A stretch of 64,000 nucleotides of DNA, taken from the NCBI GenBank assembly GCA_964016885.1, contig OZ024741.1, positions 382,540,001 through 382,604,000 on the forward strand, in the 5' to 3' direction. The position numbers and the translations under genes are program-made. This document shows, one piece after another, positions 44,278-59,984 of this stretch (position 1 is the stretch's first letter; every line of letters begins with the position of its first letter). The DNA comes from Eledone cirrhosa. Lineage: Eukaryota. Under the pieces are notes generated by a model that ran no database searches, was not told the origin of the DNA, and saw only the letters and a list, made by a program, of their open reading frames with translations.

Positions 44278-45316
44278 ATTTATACGTTTATCTATACCTG
44301 TATCTATATATGTATAATCTCGATACTTACGAATTTAAATTTCAACTTCCATATCATTCGTAATATTTTATGTGTGTAAATATGCATATTTATATGTATG
44401 CGTTTACGCACATATATGTGTGGCGGGTCTTAGCGAGTGCGCGAGTATGTGTATTTTTGTGTGTAGAACTTTGTGTCGATGTGTGTGTGTGTGTGTACGA
44501 TGTTGAGAGATTACATTATGCCATGTAACCATCAGCAGTATAATCCTGAGACATGTAAAAGAGAGGATTTGAGATGACCTATTGTTGAAATGACATAACA
44601 GGAACCCGCTTTTTCTAAAGCTGCATCCAGCAAAGGGCATGTGCTATTTATGTCTCAAATAATTACAAACACCACGAAGAAAATCGATATAAATGTATAT
44701 TCTCAAAACATTTCTACAGCCGGCCCAAAGCTTCTTATTTTCTATATATGTTCGTATTCATGTGTTGCATTACGGGTTCATTAATCGAATTCTCTTTAGA
44801 ATATTTTATAACAGCTGTTTCTTTTAAATAATTCTTTACAAATTGTAATAAATTTATGTTTTTAATTGTTTTTCTAAATTATTATCTATGTTCACGTATT
44901 ACAAGAATTTTATAATTGAAATTAATAAAGGTATCAATGTTGTTTCATTCTAATCTATAAGTATGTAAGGAAGCATTATTTTCGCCGTCACACATACACG
45001 CACACACACACATATATATATACCTACATATATATATACCTACATATATATATACACACACACACACACATATATATATATTATAATTGAGACAGTAAAC
45101 AAAAAAAAACAACGTGGAAGCGAAGAGTCAGTACAAAATGTTAATATTAGTTTCACGCTTTGAGAGTGAGGAGTGGGGGACGATGTTTCGGCCATAAGCC
45201 CTTCAGCGTGAGAAAAATGGGCAGGAAAAGAGTTCCGAAGGTGTGAGGGGGAGTGGTGGAAAGACATTAAAGGGGGGGAGGGAGGAAAAATATTTTGGAG
45301 GGTATGTATAATCACA

Positions 45317-45354
<38 letters not shown>

Positions 45355-46103
45355 CATATATATATATATATATGGGAAAGTAAACGACAACACTAGAGTA
45401 CAAGTTATGAATGGTATTAGGTTCATATATACATATATATGTGTGTGCGTGTGTGTGAGTGCGTGCGTGCGTGTGTGTTGGTGGTGGGGGGGACGTATGT
45501 GTGGGTGTGCCTCTGTAGATAGATAGATAAATATATCGCGAGGATTATAGATACATTGAGATGTAGTAGATATTTTAGAAGCGTGTCTGTGGGATCATCG
45601 CTGTGCATATATATCTACAGACGAGTCCAATGTATATATGGGCATTTGTGTATTTACACAAAATATGTTTATTAGATAAATATAACTTTACTTCGGCGAT
45701 CCAATTAAAACGTAGAGACAGGGGCAGCATCTCACACCGGACAAAATGTCAAACAATATTTGGCTTATATCTTGAACGTAACGTGTTCCGAACTCATAAG
45801 TGTTGAATTTAACTATCATCTCTTTAGTGTGGATATTTAAGAGATTCTGTGAAGGCATGAACTATATATAATAATGGAAGGAATGTCAGTCTCACAACAT
45901 TCTATTAATACCACACTGAGTCTGAATGAATGATGCGCTATATTTCAAGTGGGAGATTAGAGAAAAATGTTGATCATCAGTCAACACCAGAGGAGTCATC
46001 ACATGCACATGTTCTCAAAGAACAAACCCGGGCACAGACATCAGCACCGATACTATGATGATACATATGATGACATTATGGGCATAAACACGCACGTACA
46101 TCA

Positions 46104-46159
<56 letters not shown>

Positions 46160-46481
46160 TTGTGTGTGTGTATGTATGTATGTATATATATATATATATA
46201 TTTATATACACACGTGTATGTATATATATATATACACACACATGCAGACACGTACAAAACCATTATATTTTGTTTTTTTACAGCAATCGTCAGATCGTAT
46301 ATTAGGGATCTATAAATAACATTTCTAATGCTGAAATCGTTTATGTTAGCTCTAAACAACATTAAACGGTGTGCTGAGCACTTTTGCTTCCTGTCGTACT
46401 CTTTGTTGAATTATAAAATAAACATATTTAATATGCTCACGTACACAATCACACACACGCATGCACACGCTGACGCACACA

Positions 46482-46527
<46 letters not shown>

Positions 46528-47402
46528 AGGAAATATCATGCCTTCTCTCAATAACGTACACACCCAGAAGGAGAAATCTTATTAAACATGGATAATGTTT
46601 GTCATTATATTCACTTCTTAGCGAGTAATATAAGTCAAAGAATAATATCAGATATATTTACTGATACAGTAAGCTCGGATTAAGCTGGTTTTAGAAAAAA
46701 ACAGTTTCTTGTGAAAATGAAACAGCAAGCGAGCAAAAATTGAAAATGCTCCCTAATCAGGCTTAACCTTTTATTAATAACATTTTAAAGGAATCAAACC
46801 TATAAATGAATAATAATTCAAACAGCACTTCACAATTGTATATTTTTTAAAAGCCCACCACATTTACAACGATATTTATAGATGTGTCAGGCATCGTGAG
46901 TTTATTATGCGTACACTTCATGTGGAGAATGATTTGTTAGTATGGTAGAGTTCAGGATAACAAAATTGTGGAAAATGTTGATCGAAAGCTAGGAAGGTAT
47001 CTGTAGGGCTAATTCGATATGTCTAAATTAAATATACCTACGGTTTAATATGCGTGTTAGAAAGTAACGGCTTTGAACATTTTAAACGTAAAAGACGAGG
47101 TGAATATACGTTTAAAACAGAGAATAAAATATTAAATATATAAATAAAATAACATTAGGAAGAGGGATTGTTTCAGCTATATTTGATAATTTTAAAATAA
47201 CTGTGTTATGAAATATATGTTTTCTTTCGTCTATATATCAGTTTCACTCGCCGATCTACAAAAATGCTTAGGTACCGCATTGTTTTGTCGATCGTAGGTA
47301 CCGCATTCCTTATTTCAGGCCGCAAAGTTAGTGTGCGTAAATGCACACTTTAAAAAATCTTCACGCACAGGCATTGCATGATAGAATTAATTAATACTTA
47401 TT

Positions 47403-47550
47403 AATAATTGTTTCTACTTTTAGGCACAAGGCCAGCAATAACCCAGTGCATTACTGGTACTTTAATTTATCGACCCCGTAAGGATGAAAGGCAAAGTCAA
47501 CCTCGGCGGGATTTGAACTCAGATCATAAAGGGACGTAACTATGCTGTAT
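47403..47550 (-). mobile_element. tRNA-SINE family 1 copy (5'-truncated)
   Basis: Reverse complement of the 39700-39822 segment. Confidence 0.85.
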
Positions 47551-47597
47551 AATGGTATATCGTGCAATGTCCATACTCAATAACAAGAGGGCAGCCA

Positions 47598-47657
<60 letters not shown>

Positions 47658-47959
47658 CGTAACGGGTTACAGGACTCGCGCACCAGTTTGATTTACCGCC
47701 TCTTATGTCCTGTTTCCCTCATAGTCTCAATTACCCTTCCCAATTTCTTTTATACTACACATACACGTTAGTGCTTGCTTCTCTACCCTTTGCCAGTAAC
47801 GTTTACCCCGTCTGTCATCACACACGCGCTTGTACATTCACCCCTAGATTCCTATGGGTCTGTTATGGTCAGAAGCGTATATCCTTACATGTGGTACAGA
47901 CCTATTACATACACACACACCTCTACTTTCCCTTCAAATTACTTTGTTCTTATATATAA

Positions 47960-48034
<75 letters not shown>

Positions 48035-48069
48035 TGTGTGTGTGTGTGTGCGTGTGTGTACGTGTGTGT

Positions 48070-48340
48070 GGAGGCACGTGGTCTAGTGGTAAGGTGTTGG
48101 GTTTTCATAATGTCGTGGCTTTGATACCTGGGATGCGTGTTTTTCTTTAGCAAAACTCTTCATTTCACATTGCTCCAGTATACTCAGCAGAAAATGAGTA
48201 CCACCAATAATTAGGCGGTTAACCCTGCGATGGATTGCAGTCCTGTCTAAGGAGGACTCTTGTGATCTCTGTCGCTTCATGCCATTTAACCGAGATAAGA
48301 ACTGCCCAAATGAGCCTTCTGTCTTAAGACAGACTTTTGA
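48070..48340 (+). mobile_element. tRNA-SINE family 2
   Basis: A-box gtggtctagtggtaagg; central cacattgctccagt.cactcagc-like and ccctgcgatgga motifs typical of conserved-domain SINEs. Confidence 0.6.
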
Positions 48341-49151
48341 CTTTAGATAAATTCGACTACTAATCCACAGGCGAATCTAAAAGTCTACATGGGACGAAGT
48401 GGAGAAAGTCGCCTAAGAAAAATCGAAGCCCGCATCACTAAGGATACTTTAGTCTAATGGTTGAGGCGTAGAACACTTAGGAGTCGGATTTATATGAAAT
48501 ACAAATATCAATACTCTCAAGTAGCCGTTTATCTTAGTGTTCACGAATACGTCCACTCCATTTTATAAGTTTGTATTCCCAAAGTTCAAATGTTGTAATA
48601 ACTTTGAGTGACTGGCCGAGCTGTACCAATAATCTTAGATTAGACACATAAACCAATACACATACACGCGTGAGTACACATGTACATACACACATATACA
48701 CACCCACTACACACACATACACATATATATATATATATATAATATTAAGGATACTATTTATAGTTATGTATATTTTAAACCATAAACAGGGAAGGTCAGT
48801 AATTTATTACTACCTTATTACCAGTAAGATAAATAGCTCAATGTAATAACATCAGTTGTTCTACAGAGCAGTTATATAGAATTCACAAGAATCAAAGCTA
48901 TGTTCAAAGCTATGTCACTCTACACAACTATAGTATAGTATAATATATGTCACTCCACTGTACATCAATATATATATATATATATATATATGTATCTGTA
49001 TGTCTCCTGCGTTGGAGAGGAGGTCAATTATATGTACAAGCATTAAAAAATGCTCCGAAGATCCCAATCCTAGGTTTGGATGAAACAATTGTAAGTGAAT
49101 AAATGCTTTAAACATAGATTTGATTCTTGTGAATTATATATATATATATAT

Positions 49152-50718
49152 AGCCGTAGGAACACGTCCAACCCTGTAGTTAGTACTAACTGTAATTGTA
49201 GGAATCGGGCTGATTGCCCCTTATCCGGGAAATGCCTCTCTAGTAACATTGTCTACAAATGTAAGGTTGTAACACCCACGTCCCGTAGGGCCTACATAGG
49301 GTTAACCGCCAATAGTTTCAAGCAGCGTCTTTACATGCATACCCATTATTTTCGTTACCCTCTAAGAAGGAATATGACGTCACTTTCAGCTTATATCTGG
49401 AGGCTAAAAGACAACCACACCCAATATAAGTTACACTGGGAGATCCTAGCTAGGGCTAGATCGTATAACGGAAATAAAAGACCATCTGACCTCTGCGCCG
49501 CTGAGGCCCTGGAAATACTCTACGCCACAGACCACATCTTAAACAAAATATCTGAGGCAATTTCGGCTTGTAAACATAAATTGCACAAAACTTTCCTGTA
49601 TTACAGCCCCACGTTATACCCTAACTGATAGTACGATCTATACGTGGATATGTTACGTCTTGATGTGGGAACTAAGTATAGATTTTTTTTATTCCTTTAC
49701 TTATTTGCATAGGTAAGTATATATTACCCGTATGTTTTGTGAAGGTACGTATACCTTCTCGTACGTATATTTGATTGTTATGGCGTATAATTTTTTTATA
49801 TATTCTGGTACATAGTGTTTGGCTATGTGAATACGGGAGTTTTGCGTCTGTGTGAGTATGCAGGTTCGTACGTATGGTGGGTGTGTGTATATGTGTATTT
49901 CTTGTTTTAGTTGACTTACGTCTCCGAACATTCGTGTATTTATATGTAGGTATGTGTGTGCGCTTGTTATATACGTATGTATTTATTTATATACGTTTAT
50001 ATAATTATTTATTTGTATACACGCATACACACACACACACATATTTATATGTTCGTGGTTTTGTATACCTACGCTAAGGTTTTGCGTATGCTTGTGTATG
50101 TACGTATTTGTTTGCGTGTATGTATTTATTTATTTCTATTACTTCTGTATTGTATTTATTTACTTTGTTCTTAACTCTGTAGCGGAGATTCATTGGGCTC
50201 CTGGTTAGAATTTTAGTCTACGACTTCTGCTATACTATTTACGTGGTTTTGTCTTTGCGTGCTATTGTTCTCCACGCTCCACATTGACGTATTATCTTCG
50301 TTTTTTCGTTCATTGCCAGAGAACGTCTCTATGCACCACCTAAGAAAACATTAGTCTACGACCTCTTTTATACCATAAACGTGCTTTTCTCTTTGCGCGT
50401 AATTGTTTTTCACCGCTCCTATTAATGACGTATTATTCGTTTTTCCCCGTTCTTTGCCAGGGAACGTTTCCACGTACCAAAGTATTGTCTTCCTGTCTTC
50501 CTCCGGTTGCAATGTTTTTTGAAATATCCAGTTCTGCGTTTACAGATTGACTCTGTTAGTTTCAGAAGATCCCGTTAAGGGTGAAAGCAGCGATTCTTCG
50601 CTGAAACTTTAATCTGTTATTTTAATAAATATTTGCTCTACGGTTCTTATATATTTGATATATATCTATCCTTATCGAGCCCTCTTTGGATTTTAGTCTT
50701 CAAATTTATTATTATTAC

Positions 50719-50720
<2 letters not shown>
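49152..50720 (+). mobile_element. PLE family A 5'-truncated copy: intact GIY-YIG domain (to 49628) + 3' UTR + HHR-like motif at 50558-50608
   Basis: CNCRNRADCPLSGKC, IVYKC..AYIG..SFKQR..H, DLC..E..LNK.SE..SACKH; flanked on both sides by (TA)n. Confidence 0.92.
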
Positions 50721-50752
<32 letters not shown>

Positions 50753-50789
50753 AGGAATTTGTAGTTTACTTGAAGCATTTTATATGGTA

Positions 50790-51640
50790 TAAAGTATTCG
50801 AGGTTTGAAAGCCACGACAATGCGAATTTGGACGGAGAATAATTACAAACAGGTCTTGTTTTTTTTTACCTTAATTTATTCATATGTCCTGATATTTCGA
50901 GATTAATATCTCTTCTTCGAGAAAAATAAATTAACTATTCCAGTGTCCGATGTGGCTTGCTATACCATGGTGGCTGGAACTGTTTTTTTTTCGAACCTCT
51001 TTTGTTTAAAATTAAGGTATGGACAGGTCCAAGGGGCACAGAATTGTTTGCCTTTAAATCCGCATATATTAATACGCGCTGACATACACGTGCATGCATG
51101 TTTTGTGTGTGTAAATACGTAAGCAACATGATTAGAATCGTGTAAACATATGAATGCATATATACGATTTCTCCCGGATGTATAATGTGCTCGTAAGGGA
51201 GCCTATGTGAGCCCTTATGTGTAGAGTCCGGTGTCCTTCTATGTTCGGTATTATGTGCCTAGTTCTATGTTAGGTACAGTGTGCTTACTTCTAGTCAGTT
51301 ATTGATTTACGGATGTGTTCTGGATACTTCTTTAATTATGAGATTGCCGAGGTTTCTTTCTTTTGTTTCAACCTTAACTGTTTGTTTTTTGGTGGTGTTT
51401 TTACATTAATCTTACTTTTAAACAAAAGATAAAAATAAAACCACTTCCGGTCAGCATGGTATAGCAAGCCAAATCGAACACTGGAATAGTTCCTTTATTT
51501 TCCTCGGAATAAGAGGTATCAATCTCAAAATATCAGGAGATATGAATATATTAAAATAAAAATAAACAAGCACCGATTCTTACAATCTAATTATTCTCTG
51601 TCCAAATCCGCATTGTCGATGCTTTCAAATTTCGAATTGT
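50790..51640. repeat. Diverged inverted repeat (50790-51010 / 51420-51640) carrying family C HHR-like motifs
   Basis: actattccagtgtccgatgtggcttgctataccatg mirrors catggtatagcaagccaaatcgaacactggaatagt. Confidence 0.85.
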
Positions 51641-51665
51641 TTATATTTACATATATTTGTCCTTA

Positions 51666-51756
<91 letters not shown>

Positions 51757-51769
51757 TGTGTGTGTGTGT

Positions 51770-52640
51770 AAAAGGTAAACAGAAATAAACAACACAATCG
51801 GAAAAGTATATGGAAGGAATATATTAGTTTAACGCTTGAAATAGCAGGAAGAGGTTCTTAAGCCTTCAGACGTTAGTTGTTCAACAGAAGAAAGAATGAA
51901 ACATTGGAAAGATTGATGGGATGATCAGGGCAAAATGGGAAAAAAAATTATTTTAGATAAAAATAAAAGGTCCATTCATGTCGCTATCTCTTGGAGAACT
52001 GGTGATACTGGGCTTTTTGTGTATGATATACTTTTTTTTAGAAAAGTTGATGATGGAGCTAGTCTATTTGAAATGAATAAAAAAGCGTTTTATATTTAGT
52101 GCTATTCGTGTATGCATTTGTGTGGATGTGTGTGTGTGTTATGATACGTCCATACGTGGCTAAGAGTATATGTGTGTGTATAAATAAGTAAAAGTGTTTG
52201 TGTGTTTGTGCTTGTAAGTACGAAGCTATAAGCAAAAGTATGTTAATATAAAGGAGTATGTGTGTGTGGGGGGAGGTATATATAGAGGTGTGAAGGGAAA
52301 AGGAGTGGTGTGGGTGCGCATTTAGTTGGTCTGTATCAGAGAGCTATAGGAATCTAGAGGGTGAATGTACAAGCCTATGTGTGATAACGGTCGATATAAA
52401 CGTGACGGGGGGGGGGGGAGCACGAAGGTATATGTGAATTATAAAAGAAATTGGGGTTGAGTCCATGAGAGAAACAGGAGCCAAGGGGTAAAATCTGACT
52501 CTTTTCAGACCTGGATCACGAGCCCTGTGATCCGTGAAAAAAAAGGACATCAAGGACTGGGCCATGTAGTTAAGAGTGGCCTGGGAGCGGAAATGATGTG
52601 TGACGGGAGTATCCATATCGAGTCTTATGACCCTATACAT
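51770..52640 (-). mobile_element. PLE 3' fragment (GIY-YIG C-terminus + 3' UTR + decayed HHR)
   Basis: TPVTHHFRS and, after a frameshift, GSCFSHGLNPNF; terminal motif ttcaagcgttaaactaat shared with copies near 26603, 33053 and 45150. Confidence 0.55.
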
Positions 52641-54031
52641 ATTTGTAATGTTGAATATGATATATGAATACAGACTATGACAATTCAAATTGGAAAGTAA
52701 GGAAAAAGTTAGTTACCTGGTAATCCTTTTTGTTTTCGTCCTAATATTTCGGAACGTAAAATTCCCTTCCTCCGAGCATATGCGGCTATTCTCAGAACAT
52801 AACATTTCGTGGCTTTGAAATTGGATTTAAATTTAAAATTCATAAATCGTTTTCAAGTGTTGTTTGAGTTTTGCTGAAGTATCCACGAGAATCAGGAGGA
52901 TGACGACAATTGCCGTATGTATTATATCATGTAAGTAAATGTCTTGTGTAAATTGTTGTGTTTAGTTTTTGTATGTGTGAATGTGCGTTTGTCCTGTTAT
53001 GCCAAGTATTGTATGCCGAGTTTTATTCTGTTATTGACTTGTTGGATGAGTCTACATATAATTAATGCTTTATATATTCTTAAATTGCCAACATTTCTCT
53101 CTCAGTCTTCAATACAGACTGTTACGTTTTTGTTGGCGTTTCTGCATATTCAATGTGTTTTTTTTTTAAATGAACATGCGTGTGTATTGAAGTGTTCATT
53201 AATGCGTGTGTGGAAGGACCACTCTTCAGTGAAAACTTAACGCAGAACCATCCGCAAGGAAGCACTGGCCATACAATTATCTCATTCTGGCCCTTCACTG
53301 CGAGGACACTATTTAAAAAAGGATCCAGTGACAACAGCAAACAATGCTCATTGACTAACTGCCCTAACCACGAAACTGTTATCTGACAGCGGACATATGT
53401 GGTATACCGGAGGGAATACAACAAACGTAAGGACTTCTACATGGGTGTAAACGCTCATATATGCTAACAAAGAGGACCAACATGACGTGACCCACAGTCT
53501 CAATCAAACACCATACCCTATTCATACGGCATTAGACATATAGAAAAAGGAACTAATAATGTTCATCACAACTTTCATGCAAAATAATAGTAAAAACCTA
53601 CAATAATTACTGGCACAGAGGCGACAGATGACGTCAGCATGCAAGTGTCATATTATTTGGTTTCTACACATCTGCAGCGAGTATTACTCCGTTACGTAAA
53701 CAATGTTGCCTCTATAGAGTATCATTTCACCAATCAATTAGCAAACTTCAACCACATGTCAAGGACGAAAGAGATCTGAAAAACAAGTATATGACCACTT
53801 AACTCGTTTATATTAAATACCACAAACCAATATTTGTCATGAAGGTTTTCCGTCGCCAACACGTTATTCTAGGTTCATTTCCTCTGCGGGGCATTTTGAG
53901 CAAGTTTCTACTATTATAGATAGACCAATGCCTTTGGTGTAACAGTTATTAGAAAAAGAATTTCCAAAATCTGCTCTATCTGTACATATATAACATTTCT
54001 CTCTCGTTCTCTTTCTCTCTTTCACTCTCTT

Positions 54032-54550
<519 letters not shown>

Positions 54551-54581
54551 TCATAACTCGTGTGTTACATCTCTATTCTTT

Positions 54582-54660
<79 letters not shown>

Positions 54661-56000
54661 ATAGTGGTCGCGTTTTTATGTGTTTGTACCCATTTATATA
54701 TATGATTTCTCTCTCTCTATCACTCTGTCTCTCTCTCTCTCTCTCTTTATAATAGTGGTATGTCTGTATATATGTGAGTGCCGATGTATACATGTATGCT
54801 TGTGTAGGCGTGTTTTTACTTACATGAGACAGAATATTTTCTATTTATGGGGAGGACAGAGTGACAGAGATAGGGGAGGGAACTATGTTTTCGTTATATT
54901 TTCAATGGAAAATATAACCTTTAATATATATTTACATCATCAAATCGTGTTCTGCAAATATGGTGTCTATCGCTTATGACCTGTGTAAAACTAGTTATGG
55001 CTGATAGATGGAGACATTGTACACTCTGACAATTAACAAAATTCTGGTTAAAAATAAATTGTCGTATGGACAAACCCGCGAGGACCTATAATTGATTTGC
55101 TCTAATATGGCGATAATCAGCAATCTTGTTCACTATAATAATTCTCTCTTCAGTTTGTTAATCAGTCTTTCATTTCATATTTTTATATCTTAAAGAACAC
55201 GCCGCCAGGTTTACTTTTTCCATTATCCGCCTATGATCGATATAGAAATATTTATAGATCTCATTATATAAGTTGAATGATGTATTAGAAACTAATGATT
55301 CATTTTGGAATAAAGACACATAATATCACTTCTTAGTTTGTGGGAAATATACTGTAGATCTTCAAACCCCTCTTTGCAATGCAATCATCCATAATTATAA
55401 CATACACTTACAGAAGTGTGATAACGTTGAAAGAAAGCATAATTAATGGTGCAGAAATTCATACTACTTACCAGAGAGTGTTTATCCACATGTTTGTTAA
55501 CTACAGTAATTGTATTCGCGTACTTGCAGGTATGAATTTAGCTGATCCTTGCCATAATGAAAAATATATATTGCAAGTTTGCTCTACTAACTGACGTTGA
55601 TATGCGTGTAGATATTTCATCTAATGTATGCACATTTAGACTGTGAGATCATATAAATATTTAATCACCTCTGAGAGAATCATTGCAAATTATTAAATAG
55701 TCGTCACTATAAATATCTTATCGTTGTTAATTCAACCACTTTTAATAACTATGTATATGAGAAGCTTTAGAAGAAGACAAGCGTATTATTAACGACTCAC
55801 ACAGAGATTTTAATGTTTGTAGTCTTGTGGTAAGGTGATCATCTGCTTGTTATTGACGTTACACATACATATAGATGCCATTGCCAAAGCCGAAGTAAAG
55901 ATACAGAATATGTACACGTGAAAGAGATATCGTACATATACACAACTATACATACATCACAAACACTGAGCCACATACAAACAGAGAGAGACACACACAC

Positions 56001-56038
<38 letters not shown>

Positions 56039-56044
56039 CTAAAT

Positions 56045-56226
56045 TAATAATTGTTTCTACTTTAGGTACAAGGCAAGCAATTATCCAGTACATTACTGGT
56101 ACTTTATTTTATCGACCCCGTAAGGATGAAAGGCAAAGTTAACCTCGACGAGATTTGAACTCAGACCGTAAAGGGACGTAACTATGCTGGAAAGCATGGC
56201 GTCCGACTCTCTACCGATACTGCCAA
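56045..56226 (-). mobile_element. tRNA-SINE family 1 copy
   Basis: Reverse complement of 39640-39822. Confidence 0.87.
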
Positions 56227-57839
56227 ATAAGTAACGACGAGGTGTCAAATTTCCATTGCGTTTATTCAGGTGTGACGCGCGTTTCGCGATTTATCAGCTC
56301 ATGGTTCGATCGCTATCGATGGGGTCCGACTTTGGAATGAAAATCTCATTAGTCTTCTGTTAACTTAATGACGTCATTAAGCTAACAGATATCTGATGAG
56401 CTTTTGAGTTCTTCCACACTGTCCTTTTTCGTTCTTTTTTTATTTCTGCAGATGCCCGAAACTCATTCTCTTCACTAAGCAGTCATGGCAACGTTGCCGG
56501 TATCATCGCTAACGACCAGGTCATATGCCAGCTTGCATAATACCAATAGTGCTCGTGAGCGAACTAACATAGAAGATAGAATTTTGAAATCATCATTTAT
56601 GTAGAAGAAACCATACGTTCACATAGGCTCCGCCCGTTTAATATATACGATATAGCTTACGATTTTTAAAAATAGAATGGGCTGGAATAACAGTGTTGCT
56701 ATTTGTGATTCAGGAGTATTCCAGATCTATTAAGCAAGAAATATTCTTATCGTTATATTGAAGAAAGAAATTTTACATCTATATTAAGCAATTAAGATGT
56801 ATCACCTACAACTTTGGTATTTTTGTGGCGTTTATGGAGTGATCAAATCATTACTGGAGCTGGTGTAACAGAAATGATATATGGACTGCTGAAAAACAAA
56901 TCAACGTTAAACATCTGTGATTAACTAAACATTACTTAGATTCCATCTCTGAAATCGTCACTAAAAGTAAAGATTCCCTCAAGAACTCATCGCTTAAAAG
57001 CGTCCTACCATTAACAATTTTTCCATTCCATATGGTTAACAGTATATTCCATATGGTTAACAGCTAAAATTTGTAAAACACACTCAAGAATGTCAATGCT
57101 AGAAGACATGGGATTTTCGAGCATATCATCAATAAGATCGAACCCGTGAGCAAACCAAAATTCTGCATAAATATATAGGAGCTATACTAATTTCACTACC
57201 GTATGTTAAACAGTGTTTTATAACAAACAGATACGGCGTTAAAGATTCTAACAAGTAACTGTTACTTATGTGTGTTGGAATCTTTGTATTCAGGATTATA
57301 ATGCTGAATGAGATACATTTGAAACTGTTGTGTGATATTTGTTAAATACCACTAATATTCTTTTTATCAATTTTTTGTTAGAAATACTATTATCAATATT
57401 GATACAGAATTGTGATTATAGGACAGTGAAAAAAAACATAGTTTTAGTTGTGACATTCATAGTTCTTTCCTAAAATATATGTCAGCATCATTCTCATTTT
57501 AACAACTGTATATTTTCAAGTTTGTCTAGGTATTAAAATCAATAAGTAAATAACAATTTAAAGCGATTTTTAAAACCTGCAATGCATGCAGACTTTCGAT
57601 ATTTTAATTTTTTTTAATTTTCAAGTTTCAATTAATTATCAGCTCTACAGGAAAAGTAGTAAGTTTGTTAAAAGATGTCAGAATAAATGTATTAATCTCA
57701 GGAATGCAATAAATACTAATAAATATGTTTAATAGAGAACTTTTGAGTTATTAACTATGCATGTAACAAGAGATGCAGGAGAGATGATCATAAATTATCA
57801 GCTCGAATTTATAGAGATAGAGATACTAGCATATTACAT

Positions 57840-57897
<58 letters not shown>

Positions 57898-58316
57898 GTT
57901 AGTATTCAGTTCAATTTATTATAAATTTCCGGTTCGTTGGTTGGTTCGGTAACCGGATAGTGGTATATATATTCTCAAAGCTCTTTAGTCACACATTCTG
58001 TGACATCCTCAGTGACTGGGTTTTCATTTTGTGTCCCTCCTTTACTCTGCCCTACACCATCTGTGTGATGAAACAGCTTTGACAATATATAAACAACCAT
58101 CCGCTTACCGAGACAACCAACAAACCGAAAATGTATATATTGAAGTGAAAATCTGGAGATGCGTGTGTTTTTATTGCCAGCTTTGCCCTCCCAAATTATA
58201 ACACTATCTGTTTTAACAGACGTTTTCAGATAAGAACTCTTCCAAAACAAATTAGAAATCGAAATAAATGTGTGTGCCTGTGTCAGTGTGTGTATGTATA
58301 GGTATATATATATATA

Positions 58317-58510
58317 TAGGAACGAGTAGGACCCCGGCGGCTGAGCTCAAGCCGTTTCGACGGCTAATTCTGGGTCCAGAATTAGCCGTCGAAACGGCTT
58401 GTGCTCAGCCGTCGGGGTCCCACTCGTTCCTATTACCCACTCTACTACCCTAAGTATTGAGTACTATGGTGCGTTATGGTCCATCTGGTTCCTTACCACA
58501 TTTCCCTCGT

Positions 58511-58511
<1 letters not shown>
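58317..58511 (+). mobile_element. Family B short fold-back element
   Basis: Palindrome centred at ~58374, same tail as the 25708 copy, flanked by (TA)n. Confidence 0.87.
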
Positions 58512-58559
<48 letters not shown>

Positions 58560-58564
58560 CACGA

Positions 58565-59110
58565 TATATACAACCTAACATGCGATTTATGGAGGACATG
58601 AAAGTATATAGGACAAACATGATTCCGATGAAGAAGAGCATTCAGCTATTTAAGAGATTCTCAAAGAATATAATTATTGAATTTGGTCTGAACAAAAGTT
58701 CCTATTTGAATATAAATGACAGAAAATTACAAGAGAGTTGAGAAACACCTGCATTAATGGCCTTGCTTATTTCTCCGATATCGGTTGATGAATGCTGCAC
58801 GAATAGAGAGGGCTATGAAAATATAATCCTCGTTGATGTAACTTATAATAAGTAACAGAAACATAGCATATAAAACATAGTGTATAAAAAAAAAACTCTC
58901 TTTCAAACTTACTACATATAATAAATCAGTGAAGCATGATGTGTAACTATACAATTACAATTACTATGATTTTGGTTATTCAACAGGAAGCTTCAAGAGG
59001 TTAGGACCATTGATGTCAAAACTCGAATGCTATTAACTAACACAACAGATGTCAACATTGACAGCGAAACAGACCGACTCTAAATAAAAGAAAAACAAAT
59101 AGACACTGTT
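58565..59110 (+). pseudogene. Degraded R4/Dong-like RT C-terminal fragment
   Basis: FMEDMKVY...FSKNIIIEFGLNK; IDVKTRMLLT; DRL. Confidence 0.6.
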
Positions 59111-59984
59111 GTAACATTGACTAACAGAGGATTTGGGTTTTACATCATATCCTTTTCAAAATTACGCTGCTCTTCAGATAGTATTTCCTGATTGATGATT
59201 CCGGATGTACATCTAAATAATTACACGAATAACTGCAATGGAACATCAGATGACAAGCGTTGTATATGTCATCTATTTGGTATCAGAGGGTTACTCATGA
59301 CTATAGTTTCAGAAAATTACGAAGTGAGAAAAACAGAATGCCAGAATAATCATACAGTAACAAGTAGTATATTAACTGTTAATATAAATGGTATACAATT
59401 ACAGTTCAGGAACAGAAGTATGTGGTGTGTACTTCTTGGAATTGCTTAAAATAAATGGTTAGCCAACAACCACCGTGAATCGCGTTAGAAATAGGAAACA
59501 CCGCATTCAAAACACGGACTCTACCAACACCTGCTTTCTAAAGCGCCCACATTTTAGTGATGACACGAAAACAGCCGACCGTAGGTCCATCCGAAGCGAA
59601 GGACAAGACTTACATCTAGCTCACTCTGGTCTTCACTACGCGGACAAAAAATAATAAAACCACTTGTGGCCAGTTCTGACCACATCAGACACAGAAAATG
59701 TTCCTCTATTTAACTCGGAAGAAGAGATATTAACCTCAAAATATCAGGACATATGAATGAATTAAGTTAAAATCAGTCCCTAAAATAACAGATTAAAGTT
59801 TAAGCAAAGAACCGCTGTTTTCACCCTTAAACTTTAGACGATATTTTTATAAATAATTGCTCTATGGTTTTGTATATTTTGATATATATATATATGATAA
59901 ATGATATATGTAGACACTCAGTCAATCTGATATGCATAGATTCTTACCCGCCATATATATATATATATATGTATATAAGAACAT

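Noticed and set aside
56440-56530. Possible host exon after a polypyrimidine tract + CAG
   Set aside because: Weak donor, no recognisable peptide, no partner exons; needs RNA-seq
57975-58250. 91-aa minus-strand ORF in non-repetitive sequence
   Set aside because: No recognisable domain or supported splice structure
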